A DNA stretch of 32,000 nt from the NCBI RefSeq assembly GCF_000007185.1, contig NC_003551.1, positions 150,001 to 182,000 of the forward strand. Reading direction: 5' to 3'. A program made the translations under genes and the position numbers. Of this stretch, positions 15,843 to 24,172 are shown piece after piece. Below the pieces are notes generated by a model, which was not told the origin of the DNA, searched no databases, and worked only from the letters and a program-made list of their open reading frames with translations. This DNA is from Methanopyrus kandleri AV19 (GTDB lineage: Archaea; JAADCQ01; Methanopyri; Methanopyrales; Methanopyraceae). Numbering within the stretch: position 1 is the stretch's first letter; each line of letters opens with the position of its first letter.

Positions 15843-16553
15843 TTGCGCCTTCGGGCAGACCTGCATACCCACACGGTATACTCAGACGGCCACGGGACCC
15901 CGCTGGAGAACGTATTAGCGGCGGAAGAGCGGGGACTCGAGACGGTCGCATTAACCGATCACGGTCCCGCATCACCCGACGGTCTCACGGATCGGTCCTT
16001 CAGACGTCTCGTGGCGGAAGCCAGGGAGGCGGAGAAACTCTGCTCGGTTCGGGTGTATGTTGGTGTGGAAGCGAACATCGTGTCAATCTCGGGAGAGATA
16101 GACGCAACACCGGCGATGCTCAGCGAGTCCGACATCGTGCTGGCCGCCATCCACAACCCTCGTCTGATACTGGCGAACCCGGGAAGTGCGGAAGAACTAC
16201 GACGCGCGATCGTACACGCGACGATCAGGTGCATAGAGAGTGGAGAGGTACACATAATCGCGCACCCGGTGTGGATCCTGGAGCAGCTCCGATGTTACAT
16301 AACCGCACAGGAGGCGGAAGAAATCGCCCGGGTGGCCGCCGATCACAACGTCGGGCTGGAGCTTAACGCGCGGCATCTCCCCAGGGACTTCACCTTATAC
16401 CAAGTCGCGATTCGGGTAGGGGCACCGATCACGTTCGGTAGCGACGCCCACGCACCTGAGGAAGTGGGGCGGTTCAAGCCGCTCCAGAAGCTAGCCCGAA
16501 GGCTCGGTATCGAACCGCAGGATGTACACCCGGAGGAGCTGGGGATCGTCTGA
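15843..16553 (+). CDS. PHP-domain metal-dependent phosphoesterase
   Basis: RADLHTHTVYSDGHGT and ALTDHGP, with later His/Asp motifs (AIHNP, IIAHP, GSDAH). TTG start. Confidence 0.8.
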   Translation: MRLRADLHTHTVYSDGHGTPLENVLAAEERGLETVALTDHGPASPDGLTDRSFRRLVAEAREAEKLCSVRVYVGVEANIVSISGEIDATPAMLSESDIVLAAIHNPRLILANPGSAEELRRAIVHATIRCIESGEVHIIAHPVWILEQLRCYITAQEAEEIARVAADHNVGLELNARHLPRDFTLYQVAIRVGAPITFGSDAHAPEEVGRFKPLQKLARRLGIEPQDVHPEELGIV

Positions 16554-16744
16554 CCCTGAGGACCTTAAACGTCGACTGGGAGGCGGTCAAAGACGCGCTG
16601 AGCGATACCGAGGAACCGGAAGAGCTTGCTGAGCTACTGAATCCCCCCGAACTCGCCGCCGCCTTACCGTACTCCGGATGCGATAACCCGCGGGAATTCC
16701 TCAAGAGGCTCGAGGTTCGCTCCGACCCCATCTCTTTAGCGTTA

Positions 16745-17686
16745 GTGGAGATACACGGCAGGGTCGCGAGGAAGGTGCAGGAGTGGAAACCGTTCGTGTG
16801 CCCTGATATCCGCGCGGCCCGCGAGTTCACGCGAGAGATCGTGGCCAAGGCTAAAGCCGACTTCTTAGCGGAGCGAGCCGGAGGATCCGAAGCGCTGGAC
16901 CTGTGCGCGGGACCCGGCGGAGACACGTTGGCCTTAGCGGAGCACTACGACGTGAAAGCCGTGGACCGTGAGGTACCTCGGATCGAGGCGCTGAAGATCA
17001 ACGCTCGGCTCCACGCGGGGCACGCCGTTGAAGTTATCGAGCTAGACGTCATGGAAGCCGAGCTTGATGCGGACGTCGTCCACGCGGATCCGGGCAGATC
17101 CGGCGCCAAGGACCCGAAGCGTACCGAGCCCCCCGCGACGGAACTACGAGACATGTTCTCAGAAGTCCCACACATGATCGAAGTGCCACCAGCCGTGAAA
17201 CCGAGACCGGGAACCGTAGTCTTCAGTGCGACGGGTGAGGTCCGTTCAGTCTGCTGGACCAACCTGACCGAAAAAGTCGCAGCCGTGATCGCGGAGACAT
17301 CAGCTGTTCTCGAAGGCCTTCCACGGAAGCCCACGGAAGCGTTGGAACCCGAAGAGGTGCGCTACGTTATCGAGCAGGATCCCGCCGTCCGTAAAGCGAA
17401 CCTTTCGTGGAAGCTCGCCGAGGAGCTCAACGTTCATCCGACAGTCGTCGCCGGTGAGGAGACAGTGTTGGCGTCGGAAGATCCACCGGACTTAACAGTC
17501 GATCACGTGATCAGGGTAGTGGAAGTCGGAGAAGAGGGCGACGGTCCGCCTACGATACGGTCTCTCGGTGTCAAACTGAACCCAAGACGGTTAGCAGAGT
17601 TGCGCAAAACGTACAAGGAGTACGACATCGTGTACGTAACGAAGGCCGGTGTCCTGGCCGGAAAAGTGATCTACGAAAGGGAGTGA
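16745..17686 (+). CDS. Class I SAM-dependent methyltransferase (nucleic-acid MTase-like); the true start is probably upstream
   Basis: SAM motif LDLCAGPGGDTLALA and VVHADPGR. Coordinates use the first canonical start (GTG 16745). The frame is open from 16460 and encodes protein-like sequence (see findings). Confidence 0.7.
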   Translation: MEIHGRVARKVQEWKPFVCPDIRAAREFTREIVAKAKADFLAERAGGSEALDLCAGPGGDTLALAEHYDVKAVDREVPRIEALKINARLHAGHAVEVIELDVMEAELDADVVHADPGRSGAKDPKRTEPPATELRDMFSEVPHMIEVPPAVKPRPGTVVFSATGEVRSVCWTNLTEKVAAVIAETSAVLEGLPRKPTEALEPEEVRYVIEQDPAVRKANLSWKLAEELNVHPTVVAGEETVLASEDPPDLTVDHVIRVVEVGEEGDGPPTIRSLGVKLNPRRLAELRKTYKEYDIVYVTKAGVLAGKVIYERE

Positions 17687-18651
17687 GGGAAAGCTTGCTG
17701 GAAGCCGCCGGTGCCGTGCTTCTGGGTTCGGCCGCGCTCCTGATGGTTGGCAGATTGGGTAACCGCGGGTTCTTCTTGTGGCTCCGTACCGTCGGTATCT
17801 TAGGTCTGTTGGTCGGAATACTGTCCCTGGCGCTGGCCGCCCTGACGGGGAGTGCGATCGCGGGGCTGGTCGTAGGAGTCATCACTGCCGCGATGATGTA
17901 CCTATTCTCCTCCCGTATAGTGCGCATCCAGATGGGAGCCGTAGACGCCGAGGAGTTCCTCCGGTACAAGCCGGAGTACGCGGACAAGTTACGCAGAGTG
18001 CAGGAGATGGTGTCGAAGCTAGCGTCCAAGGCTGGGCTTCCGGAACCCGAGCTGGTGGTAGTTCCGGAAGAGACCGGTGTCGGCGGGTACCCCAACGCCT
18101 TCGCCACCGGACGCCGGTCGAAGCCCACGGTGGGAGTTACAGAGGGGCTCCTGAGGCACCTGGACGACGACGAGATATACGGAGTACTGGGTCACGAGCT
18201 CGCTCACGTGAAGAACCGCGACACGCTCGTCATGACCGTAGCTGCGGCCGTGAGCACCGCCATCGCGTACGCGTTCGACCCGTGGCTGAACGCCATGTAC
18301 ACCGAGGACTGGGAGGACATAGCTTTCCTGGTGCTGGCGGGCATGTTGGCCTCGCTGATCTCGACGCTGCTCGTGGCCGCCATAAGCCGGTCGCGGGAGT
18401 ACTTGGCCGACGAGGAGGGAGCTAAGCTCTCGGGGAACCCCATGGCGCTGGCCGAGGCCTTGGAGAAGATCGAGGCGATAGTCAAGTCCAACCCCGCGCC
18501 CGCTAGGTCGTTGTCCGAAGTCTCAACGGCGCACCTGTGGATCGAGAACCCGTTCCGCGGAGGCCTACTCCGACTGTTCAGCACTCATCCGCCGGTCGAG
18601 AAGAGGGTCGAACGTCTCAGGCGCCTCGCGAGAGAGTTGCAAGGACCGTAA
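17683..18651 (+). CDS. htpX: HtpX-type M48 zinc metalloprotease
   Basis: N-terminal TMs, [45 protein letters not shown]. Confidence 0.9.
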   Translation: MRESLLEAAGAVLLGSAALLMVGRLGNRGFFLWLRTVGILGLLVGILSLALAALTGSAIAGLVVGVITAAMMYLFSSRIVRIQMGAVDAEEFLRYKPEYADKLRRVQEMVSKLASKAGLPEPELVVVPEETGVGGYPNAFATGRRSKPTVGVTEGLLRHLDDDEIYGVLGHELAHVKNRDTLVMTVAAAVSTAIAYAFDPWLNAMYTEDWEDIAFLVLAGMLASLISTLLVAAISRSREYLADEEGAKLSGNPMALAEALEKIEAIVKSNPAPARSLSEVSTAHLWIENPFRGGLLRLFSTHPPVEKRVERLRRLARELQGP

Positions 18652-19261
18652 CCTCGGCCCAGGCGTCCTCGAGGTAACGCTGCACCTCCAGGGGGCTCCA
18701 GGGATCGATCCTTCGGACGCGGCGGAGGAGCCGCTTCTTGACCTTAGCCACCTCGGGGTGTTCGGGTTCCACCTCGGGCACGTAGAGCGGAACGTCCAGA
18801 CGTTCCGCGGCCAATCTCAGCGGTTCCAGAACCAGGGACCTTTCGAGTTCCGAGAGCGGGTCGTCGGTTCGGCACCCGGTCACGCGCCGGAGACCCATCT
18901 CGAGGCGGCGAACGGCCACGTCCGGAAGCTCCTGCAACACTAGCTCCTCCGCACCGACCTCGAGAGGAAGGGCCAGAGCCCGAAGTGGCGGTAACCCACC
19001 GATCGGCATTACACCGTGCTCGAACTGCAGCACGTGGGCGAGCTCGTGGGCCAGGGAAGCCTTGACTTCTTGGAAGTTCCGAGCGGCCCCGATCTCCACG
19101 GTCACAACGTTACCTTCGAGGCGCGTGTACGTGGCCCGGACGGCGTCACAACTAGCCAGGAGCACCGGAGAATCTGGCTTAACCGTCGACGGGAGCTCAC
19201 GATACGCTCGGATCACGAAGTACCGGAGCGATCGGGGATATATGAGCAGGACTCTCAGCAC
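18617..19261 (-). CDS. Hypothetical HExxH protein (putative zinc metallopeptidase)
   Basis: The ORF is trimmed to GTG 19261, which overlaps the hisF stop (GTGCTGA). It contains [15 protein letters not shown]. No competing long ORF on the other strand. Confidence 0.55.
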   Translation of the reverse strand: MLRVLLIYPRSLRYFVIRAYRELPSTVKPDSPVLLASCDAVRATYTRLEGNVVTVEIGAARNFQEVKASLAHELAHVLQFEHGVMPIGGLPPLRALALPLEVGAEELVLQELPDVAVRRLEMGLRRVTGCRTDDPLSELERSLVLEPLRLAAERLDVPLYVPEVEPEHPEVAKVKKRLLRRVRRIDPWSPLEVQRYLEDAWAEVTVLATLSRGA

Positions 19262-20073
19262 TGTCTGACCCGAACACCCCTTTCGGCCAGGTGCTCCTTC
19301 ACCTCTTCGATCGTGAATTTCCCATAGTGGAAGATCGAAGCCGCGAGAGCTGCGTCGGCGTCGGCCTCCTTGAAAACCTCCACCATATGCTTCGGGTGAC
19401 CGCAACCCCCGGAGGCTATCACGGGAATGCTCACTGCGTTACACACCTCTCGGGTCAGTTCGATGTCGTAACCTTCTTGAGTACCGTCGGCGTCGATGCT
19501 CGTCAAGAGTATCTCGCCCGCGCCCAGCTCCTCCACCCTCTTAGCCCAGGTTATGGCGTCGAGATCTACGGGCTCACGACCTCCACGGACGTAGACCCGG
19601 AACCAGTATTCTCCATCGTCGTTCGAGAAGATATGATCCGCCACGTGTTCATGCTCCGGCTTCAGAGGCTCCCGCTTTGCGTCGATCGCCACTACCACGC
19701 ACTGCGACCCGAAAATATCGGCGGCCTCGGAGATTAACTCCGGGTTCTCCACCGCCGCGGTGTTCACGGAAACTTTATCGGCTCCGGCGGTCAGCGCCCT
19801 TCGGAAGTCCTCGACGTCGGATATCCCGCCACCTACGGTCATGGGAATGAACACCTTCTCCGCGGTGCGACGCACCACGTCCACCATTAACCGGCGACCT
19901 TCAGGAGAGGCCGAGATATCCAGGAACACGATCTCGTCGGCACCGTGACGGTAGTAGTGATGGGCCAACTCAGCGGGATCGCCAGCGTCGCGCAGTCCGC
20001 GGAACCGTACGCCTTTCACGACACGTCCGTCCTTGACGTCGAGGCAGGGTATGATGCGTTTGGCTAAGGCCAT
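19255..20073 (-). CDS. hisF: Imidazole glycerol phosphate synthase cyclase subunit HisF
   Basis: [69 protein letters not shown] 20073 is preferred over GTG 20091. Confidence 0.95.
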   Translation of the reverse strand: MALAKRIIPCLDVKDGRVVKGVRFRGLRDAGDPAELAHHYYRHGADEIVFLDISASPEGRRLMVDVVRRTAEKVFIPMTVGGGISDVEDFRRALTAGADKVSVNTAAVENPELISEAADIFGSQCVVVAIDAKREPLKPEHEHVADHIFSNDDGEYWFRVYVRGGREPVDLDAITWAKRVEELGAGEILLTSIDADGTQEGYDIELTREVCNAVSIPVIASGGCGHPKHMVEVFKEADADAALAASIFHYGKFTIEEVKEHLAERGVRVRQC

Positions 20074-20142
20074 TGGAGTCTCCGCCCACACCCCGGTTCC
20101 TCCTCATCGGGGTCGGCGTGGGGTAGCATCGTCATCGACGGG

Positions 20143-20856
20143 GTGGCATTCGGGATGGTGGCCAGGGACCTTCTGGATTCTATCGAGAAATACCTTTTGG
20201 TGACGCGAAGGATGGTGAACGCCGGGATACCTAAAGATCGGGCGTTGAACACCGTACAGCGCACCTGGGGACTCACAAATAGGGAGAAGAAAGCGCTATA
20301 CCGTATCGTGTGGTCGAGACTGGAATCATTACTCAGAGCCGGCAAAAGGGTCCCGACGCCGCTTCTCAGAGGGCAGGACTTGGTAATCGACGGGTACAAC
20401 GTGCTTGTCGGGCTGGCGTCCCTGGACGCCGGGGAAGCCGTACTCTGCGACGACGACGTGGTGCGTGACTTACGGATGTCTCCCAAGTTGGAGGAGGAAG
20501 AGGTGCAGACCGCCCTCGAAATGTTGGAGACGTACCTGCGTCGCGTTGAACCGCGCTCAGTGAGGATACTGTTCGACGCTCCTGTGAGCGGTAGTGGTGA
20601 GCTGGCCGCGCGAGTCGAGCGGTACCTAAAAGACTCGTTGAACGTCCCGGTACGGGCCTCGGCCGTCAAAGGTGTGGACGAAAAGCTGGTGAGGGCCCAA
20701 GGAGTGCCCGTGACATCCGACTCCGGCATCATAGATCGTGTGTCAGCTTATCACGACGCCGTCAGGGAAGTGGCGGCCGCAGAAGGTATAGCCGTATGGA
20801 TCCCGCCGGGACCTTCCGAGCCCAAGTTCGTACGTGCTCTCGTCCCGGAAGGGTAA
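20143..20856 (+). CDS. DUF434-like N-terminal domain fused to a NYN/PIN-like domain (predicted RNA-binding/nuclease)
   Basis: EKYLLVTRR...LTNREKKALYRIV resembles DUF434. LVIDGYNVLVG with downstream acidic residues resembles NYN/YacP-type nucleases. Alternative start ATG 20155. Confidence 0.5.
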   Translation: MAFGMVARDLLDSIEKYLLVTRRMVNAGIPKDRALNTVQRTWGLTNREKKALYRIVWSRLESLLRAGKRVPTPLLRGQDLVIDGYNVLVGLASLDAGEAVLCDDDVVRDLRMSPKLEEEEVQTALEMLETYLRRVEPRSVRILFDAPVSGSGELAARVERYLKDSLNVPVRASAVKGVDEKLVRAQGVPVTSDSGIIDRVSAYHDAVREVAAAEGIAVWIPPGPSEPKFVRALVPEG

Positions 20857-20933
20857 GGATGATGATCACGGGACCGGGATCGAGGGTAATCCGATGAGAG
20901 TAAGCGGCCACACCTGACTTAGGGGAACCGCGA

Positions 20934-21410
20934 ATGGTTCGGAGAACCTCTGAAGAGATTTCAGAACGCATGGAAGACTACCTGGAAGCCCTATACCTAC
21001 TTTCGAGACGCGGCTCCGGCCGACATGTGAGGATATCGGAACTCAGCGAGTACCTGGAAGTGTCCAAACCGACGGCGTTGGAGATGATCAGAAAGTTAGC
21101 AGATCGCGGCTTAGTAGAGTACGAACGAGGTCTGGTGAAACTCACGGAGAAAGGTCGAGAGATCGGTAAGGAGGTGTGGGACAGGCACCGGGAGATAGCG
21201 TCATTCCTCCGGTTCTTGGGTGTAGATCCGAAGATAGCGGAACGTGACGCATGCGCTATAGAGCACTCGTTACACCCGCAGTCTTTCCGGAGACTACGAA
21301 AACTGTTCCACCTCCTGAAGGAGGCGACCGGGGAACCGACCGTGCGCGAGATCCTAGATAAAGTGCGGGGGGAAGAGGGAGATTCAGACGGAGTTCGACA
21401 TCGATCGTAA
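20934..21410 (+). CDS. DtxR/MntR/IdeR-family metal-dependent transcriptional repressor
   Basis: MEDYLEALYLL, wHTH ISELSEYLEVSKPTALEMIRKLADRGLVEY, and metal-site region DRHREIASFLRFLGVDP...ACAIEHSL. Confidence 0.85.
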   Translation: MVRRTSEEISERMEDYLEALYLLSRRGSGRHVRISELSEYLEVSKPTALEMIRKLADRGLVEYERGLVKLTEKGREIGKEVWDRHREIASFLRFLGVDPKIAERDACAIEHSLHPQSFRRLRKLFHLLKEATGEPTVREILDKVRGEEGDSDGVRHRS

Positions 21411-21516
21411 GACGCTGAAGGCCGGACTCAGAAAGCTCCGGTCACTGGTCAAGGTCAAGATTCGACTAGCTAGGGAGCACGGTACCGTAGAGGTAGACCG
21501 ACCTCCTCTACCCATA

Positions 21517-21996
21517 GTGAAGAGCTGGTACGGGGAGGTTCTGGAAACCGTTGACGACGCCGAGAACTTCTTCGAAAGGGAGCTCCGACGCATGCATAAG
21601 GTCGAGCTCGAGGAAGTACCCAAGGTGGTATTCTGCGCTTTCGACGTTATCGAGGGAGTCAAGCATGAGTTCGAGCCTGAAAAGTATTTATATAAGCCCG
21701 GGGCGATACCCGCGGGAGCTCAGGCGTTGACACTGGATATCATGACGGACGATCATAGGGAGGATGCCGTGTACATAGGGGAGCCGGGCCCGGAAGTGAG
21801 CCGCGACCGTTGGGCGGGCCGTGTAGTGTCCGTCCTCGCGAGGCTGTTGCCAGAGTGTGTGGAGGTTGGGTTGCTCGAAGATGTCAGGGAGCTGGAGGGC
21901 GTAAGGGTGAGGATCGGGAAGTTCACCCTACTGAACTACGTTACTGGCGCGGCACTGGCGCTCTCGGGGGCCGAGGTCGAGCTCGAAGTTCAGTGA
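21517..21996 (+). CDS. Hypothetical acidic protein
   Basis: 159-aa ORF with host-like composition. No recognisable motif. Confidence 0.45.
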   Translation: MKSWYGEVLETVDDAENFFERELRRMHKVELEEVPKVVFCAFDVIEGVKHEFEPEKYLYKPGAIPAGAQALTLDIMTDDHREDAVYIGEPGPEVSRDRWAGRVVSVLARLLPECVEVGLLEDVRELEGVRVRIGKFTLLNYVTGAALALSGAEVELEVQ

Positions 21997-22265
21997 GCCT
22001 TTCTAACCCTGGCTACCTCATAATGCCGCGGAGTGAAGTAATAGTCGAACGGGTCCCTGCTGGAAATCCTGTAGTCTCTGGGGATCTCCCCTTCGTGTCT
22101 GGACTTTCTTCTTCTCACTCCGAGCAATTAAGTTCACCCCCTAACGTCTTATCCTTCGATAAACACATGTAGGCAATTCAGCGATAATTATTGATTTCGG
22201 CCCCCGAAGGATGGAGACCATTGAGCGCACATCGGGCACACTACCCGGCTTGGCGACCGTAATTG

Positions 22266-22272
22266 TTATATA
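22266..22272 (+). promoter_or_regulatory. Candidate archaeal TATA box (TTATATA) for the tRNA gene
   Basis: An A/T heptamer in otherwise GC-rich DNA, centred ~33 nt upstream of the mature tRNA 5' end. This fits a TSS a few nt upstream of the tRNA. Confidence 0.5.
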
Positions 22273-22301
22273 GGATGCATAGAGGTTGGGCTGATGGGAG
22301 C

Positions 22302-22377
22302 AGGGCCGTGGGGTAGCGGTCTATCCTGCGGGGCTTTGGACCCCGCGACCCCGGTTCAAATCCGGGCGGCCCTACCA
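22302..22377 (+). tRNA. tRNA-Gln (anticodon UUG), CCA encoded
   Basis: Manual fold. Acceptor AGGGCCG/CGGCCCU (A1-U72, as in archaeal tRNA-Gln). Anticodon stem CGGGG/CCCCG with loop CUUUGGA. T arm CCCGG-UUCAAAU-CCGGG. Discriminator A plus CCA. Confidence 0.85.
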
Positions 22378-22420
22378 CTCCGAATCGTTTTGAGAACCAT
22401 AACAATAAGGGGACGGCTCT

Positions 22421-22690
22421 TTGGACGCGCTGCTGAAGATCTGCATACTGAATGCGCTGGCGGTGGTAGCTTTCGCCGTACTCGTCTGGGCGGCTTTTAG
22501 GTACGCACTTCCCTCCTGGTTCATCCTGGCGATTATCGTCCCAGGGGTTCTCGGGTCAGCGTGCGTTGACTACGTCATGATCAGCGTCGGTGTGTACGAT
22601 GGCCCGTGGGAAACGGCATTCGCGAGCGTTGTGTACGCGGTGGCATGGTGGACAGGAAGACCCGGACCGTCCGGCCCGGGGTCCCGTTAG
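22421..22690 (+). CDS. Small hydrophobic protein (about 3 TM), hypothetical
   Basis: 89 aa. TTG start with AAGGGGA 6 nt upstream and GC-rich third positions. The last ~6 codons are complementary to the vhuU SECIS hairpin. Confidence 0.45.
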   Translation: MDALLKICILNALAVVAFAVLVWAAFRYALPSWFILAIIVPGVLGSACVDYVMISVGVYDGPWETAFASVVYAVAWWTGRPGPSGPGSR

Positions 22691-22704
22691 GGTTCCCCCG
22701 GGCC
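22673..22704 (-). promoter_or_regulatory. Archaeal-type SECIS element in the vhuU 3' UTR
   Basis: The minus-strand RNA is GGCCCGGGG-GAA-CCC-UAAC-GGG-A-CCCCGGGCC. This gives a 9-bp GC lower helix, a GAA/A asymmetric internal loop, a 3-bp upper helix and a 4-nt apical loop. It starts 19 nt after the vhuU stop. Confidence 0.8.
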
Positions 22705-22722
22705 ATCATCCGGCCGGGGCGT

Positions 22723-22851
22723 TCAATCCTCATCCTTCCGCTCTATCCGGAACTTCACGCGGTCCAACACGTGGGCGGCGCACGACAGTCAGATGTCGTA
22801 GCTCCTGATCACCATTTCCAGGTAGTTCAATACATCCCGCTTCTCGGCCAT
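22723..22851 (-). CDS. vhuU: Selenocysteine-containing [NiFe] hydrogenase large-subunit C-terminal peptide VhuU (TGA = Sec at 22789-22791)
   Basis: Hand translation: MAEKRDVLNYLEMVIRSYDI-U-LSCAAHVLDRVKFRIERKDED. It supplies the D-x-(C/U)-x-x-C-x-x-H nickel-ligand motif that the truncated VhuA lacks. ATG lies 13 nt after the vhuA stop with a GGGGAG SD. It is absent from the ORF track (short, and has an internal TGA). Confidence 0.85.
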
Positions 22852-22864
22852 CGAGCGGCTCCCC

Positions 22865-24169
22865 CTAAGCTAGTTCCACGATTTCGTCCTCTAACTTTTT
22901 CGCGGTCTCCTTCAGGGCGAGCTCGATCGCGGGGACGTTGTGAGTGGTAGCGACTATCAGGTTGGCCTCCTTCACGCGACCCTCGTCGTCGGTCACGTAG
23001 TGGTGGATGAGCGTACCACGCGGCGCCTCGACGATGCCGACTCCTTCGCCCGCCTTGGGCTCGTAGTCCTCCTTGCACTCGTCCTCCTCGGTGATCACAT
23101 CGTCCTCGAGCAGCATCTTGGCCTCCTCACACGCGGCCACGAGTTCCACGAGCCGGGCCCAGTTGATGGTGAGCGAGTAGTTCACGCACTCCCCGAACTC
23201 GTCGACGTACTCCTCGTAGAGCTCCTGGGCGCGCTCGGTCTTCATCTCCGAGCAGACGTTGAGCCGTGCACCCGGTCCTACCCTGTAGATACCGTCCGGG
23301 TACCCGACGTCCTTCAGGTACGGGTGTTTGACGTAGGAGTACTCTATGGTGCGCTCCGCGATCACGTCCTGGTATTCCTGCGGCTCGAAGCGCGTGACCT
23401 CCTCCCCGTTCGGATCCACTACCTTCACCTCGCCGTCGTAGAACTCGTGCTTGTCACCGTCTGAGACGAGACCCATGTGGTAAGTCTCGATGTTCCCTAG
23501 AGTCTCGAGCAGATCGATGTCGTGCTTCTCCCGGTACTCCTCCAGCGTCTCTTTGATCGCCTCGATGCCGACCTTGGCACCCTCGTACGCCATCTCGATC
23601 ATCTCTTCGGCGCGGTTGAGCAGGTCATCGCGTGACTCCGGGTCGACCGGGGAGGAGACGCCGCCCGGGATCCCCGTCACGGGGTGTATGGCCTTACCTC
23701 CGGTAGCCTCTACGATGTCCTGACCGTAGCGACGCAGTTCGATCGCGATCTTTCCGACTTCCGGGTCGTCCTTGACTATCTTCACCACGTTACGCTGGAG
23801 CGGGTCCGCATCCGGTCCAACCACGTAGTCGGGCGCCGCCAGGAAGTAGAAGTGAAGCGCGTGGCTGTGGATCATGTTCCCGATGTGCATCAGCCACCGG
23901 ATCTTGTGCCCGCCTTCGGGCGGCTCGGCGTCGAAGCACGCGTCCACGGCCTTGCAGGCCGCTAAATGGTGGGCAGTCTGGCAGATACCGCAGATCCTGG
24001 ATACGATGTAGGGAACGTCCTCCGCGGGGCGGCCTTGGACGAACTTTTCGAACCCTCGGACTGCGAGGACTGCGAACTTGACGTCGGTCACCTCACCGTC
24101 CTCGACCTCGATGATGACTTCACCGTGTCCCTCTACCCTGGTCAGGGGGTGAATCTTGATCTCGGCCAC
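22865..24169 (-). CDS. vhuA: F420-non-reducing (Mvh/Vhu-type) [NiFe] hydrogenase large subunit, C-terminally truncated form
   Basis: LTRVEGHG and RICGICQTAHHLAA (N-terminal Ni ligands). It ends at ...ATTHNVPAIELALKE..., before the DPCxxCxxH motif. Confidence 0.9.
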   Translation of the reverse strand: MAEIKIHPLTRVEGHGEVIIEVEDGEVTDVKFAVLAVRGFEKFVQGRPAEDVPYIVSRICGICQTAHHLAACKAVDACFDAEPPEGGHKIRWLMHIGNMIHSHALHFYFLAAPDYVVGPDADPLQRNVVKIVKDDPEVGKIAIELRRYGQDIVEATGGKAIHPVTGIPGGVSSPVDPESRDDLLNRAEEMIEMAYEGAKVGIEAIKETLEEYREKHDIDLLETLGNIETYHMGLVSDGDKHEFYDGEVKVVDPNGEEVTRFEPQEYQDVIAERTIEYSYVKHPYLKDVGYPDGIYRVGPGARLNVCSEMKTERAQELYEEYVDEFGECVNYSLTINWARLVELVAACEEAKMLLEDDVITEEDECKEDYEPKAGEGVGIVEAPRGTLIHHYVTDDEGRVKEANLIVATTHNVPAIELALKETAKKLEDEIVELA

Positions 24170-24172
24170 CCG

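Noticed and set aside
19262-19405. N-terminal extension of the HExxH ORF into hisF
   Set aside because: It overlaps the hisF coding sequence in another frame with R/G-rich junk sequence. A GTG overlapping the hisF stop gives a clean coupled start.
21358-21519. Open upstream frame (53 codons, no canonical start) before hypothetical ORF 21517, as a further near-cognate-start case (ATT 21382)
   Set aside because: Unlike the CbiM, CbiO, radical SAM and MTase cases, there is no recognisable family N-terminus to anchor the claim. The ~100-nt gap is a normal promoter-sized spacer, so GTG 21517 is kept.
22302-22377. Genomic C at tRNA position 8 (would require the C-to-U editing described for Methanopyrus tRNAs)
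   Set aside because: In my fold, position 8 (22309) is already T, so this tRNA shows no need for editing. I also saw no intron and no split-gene feature.
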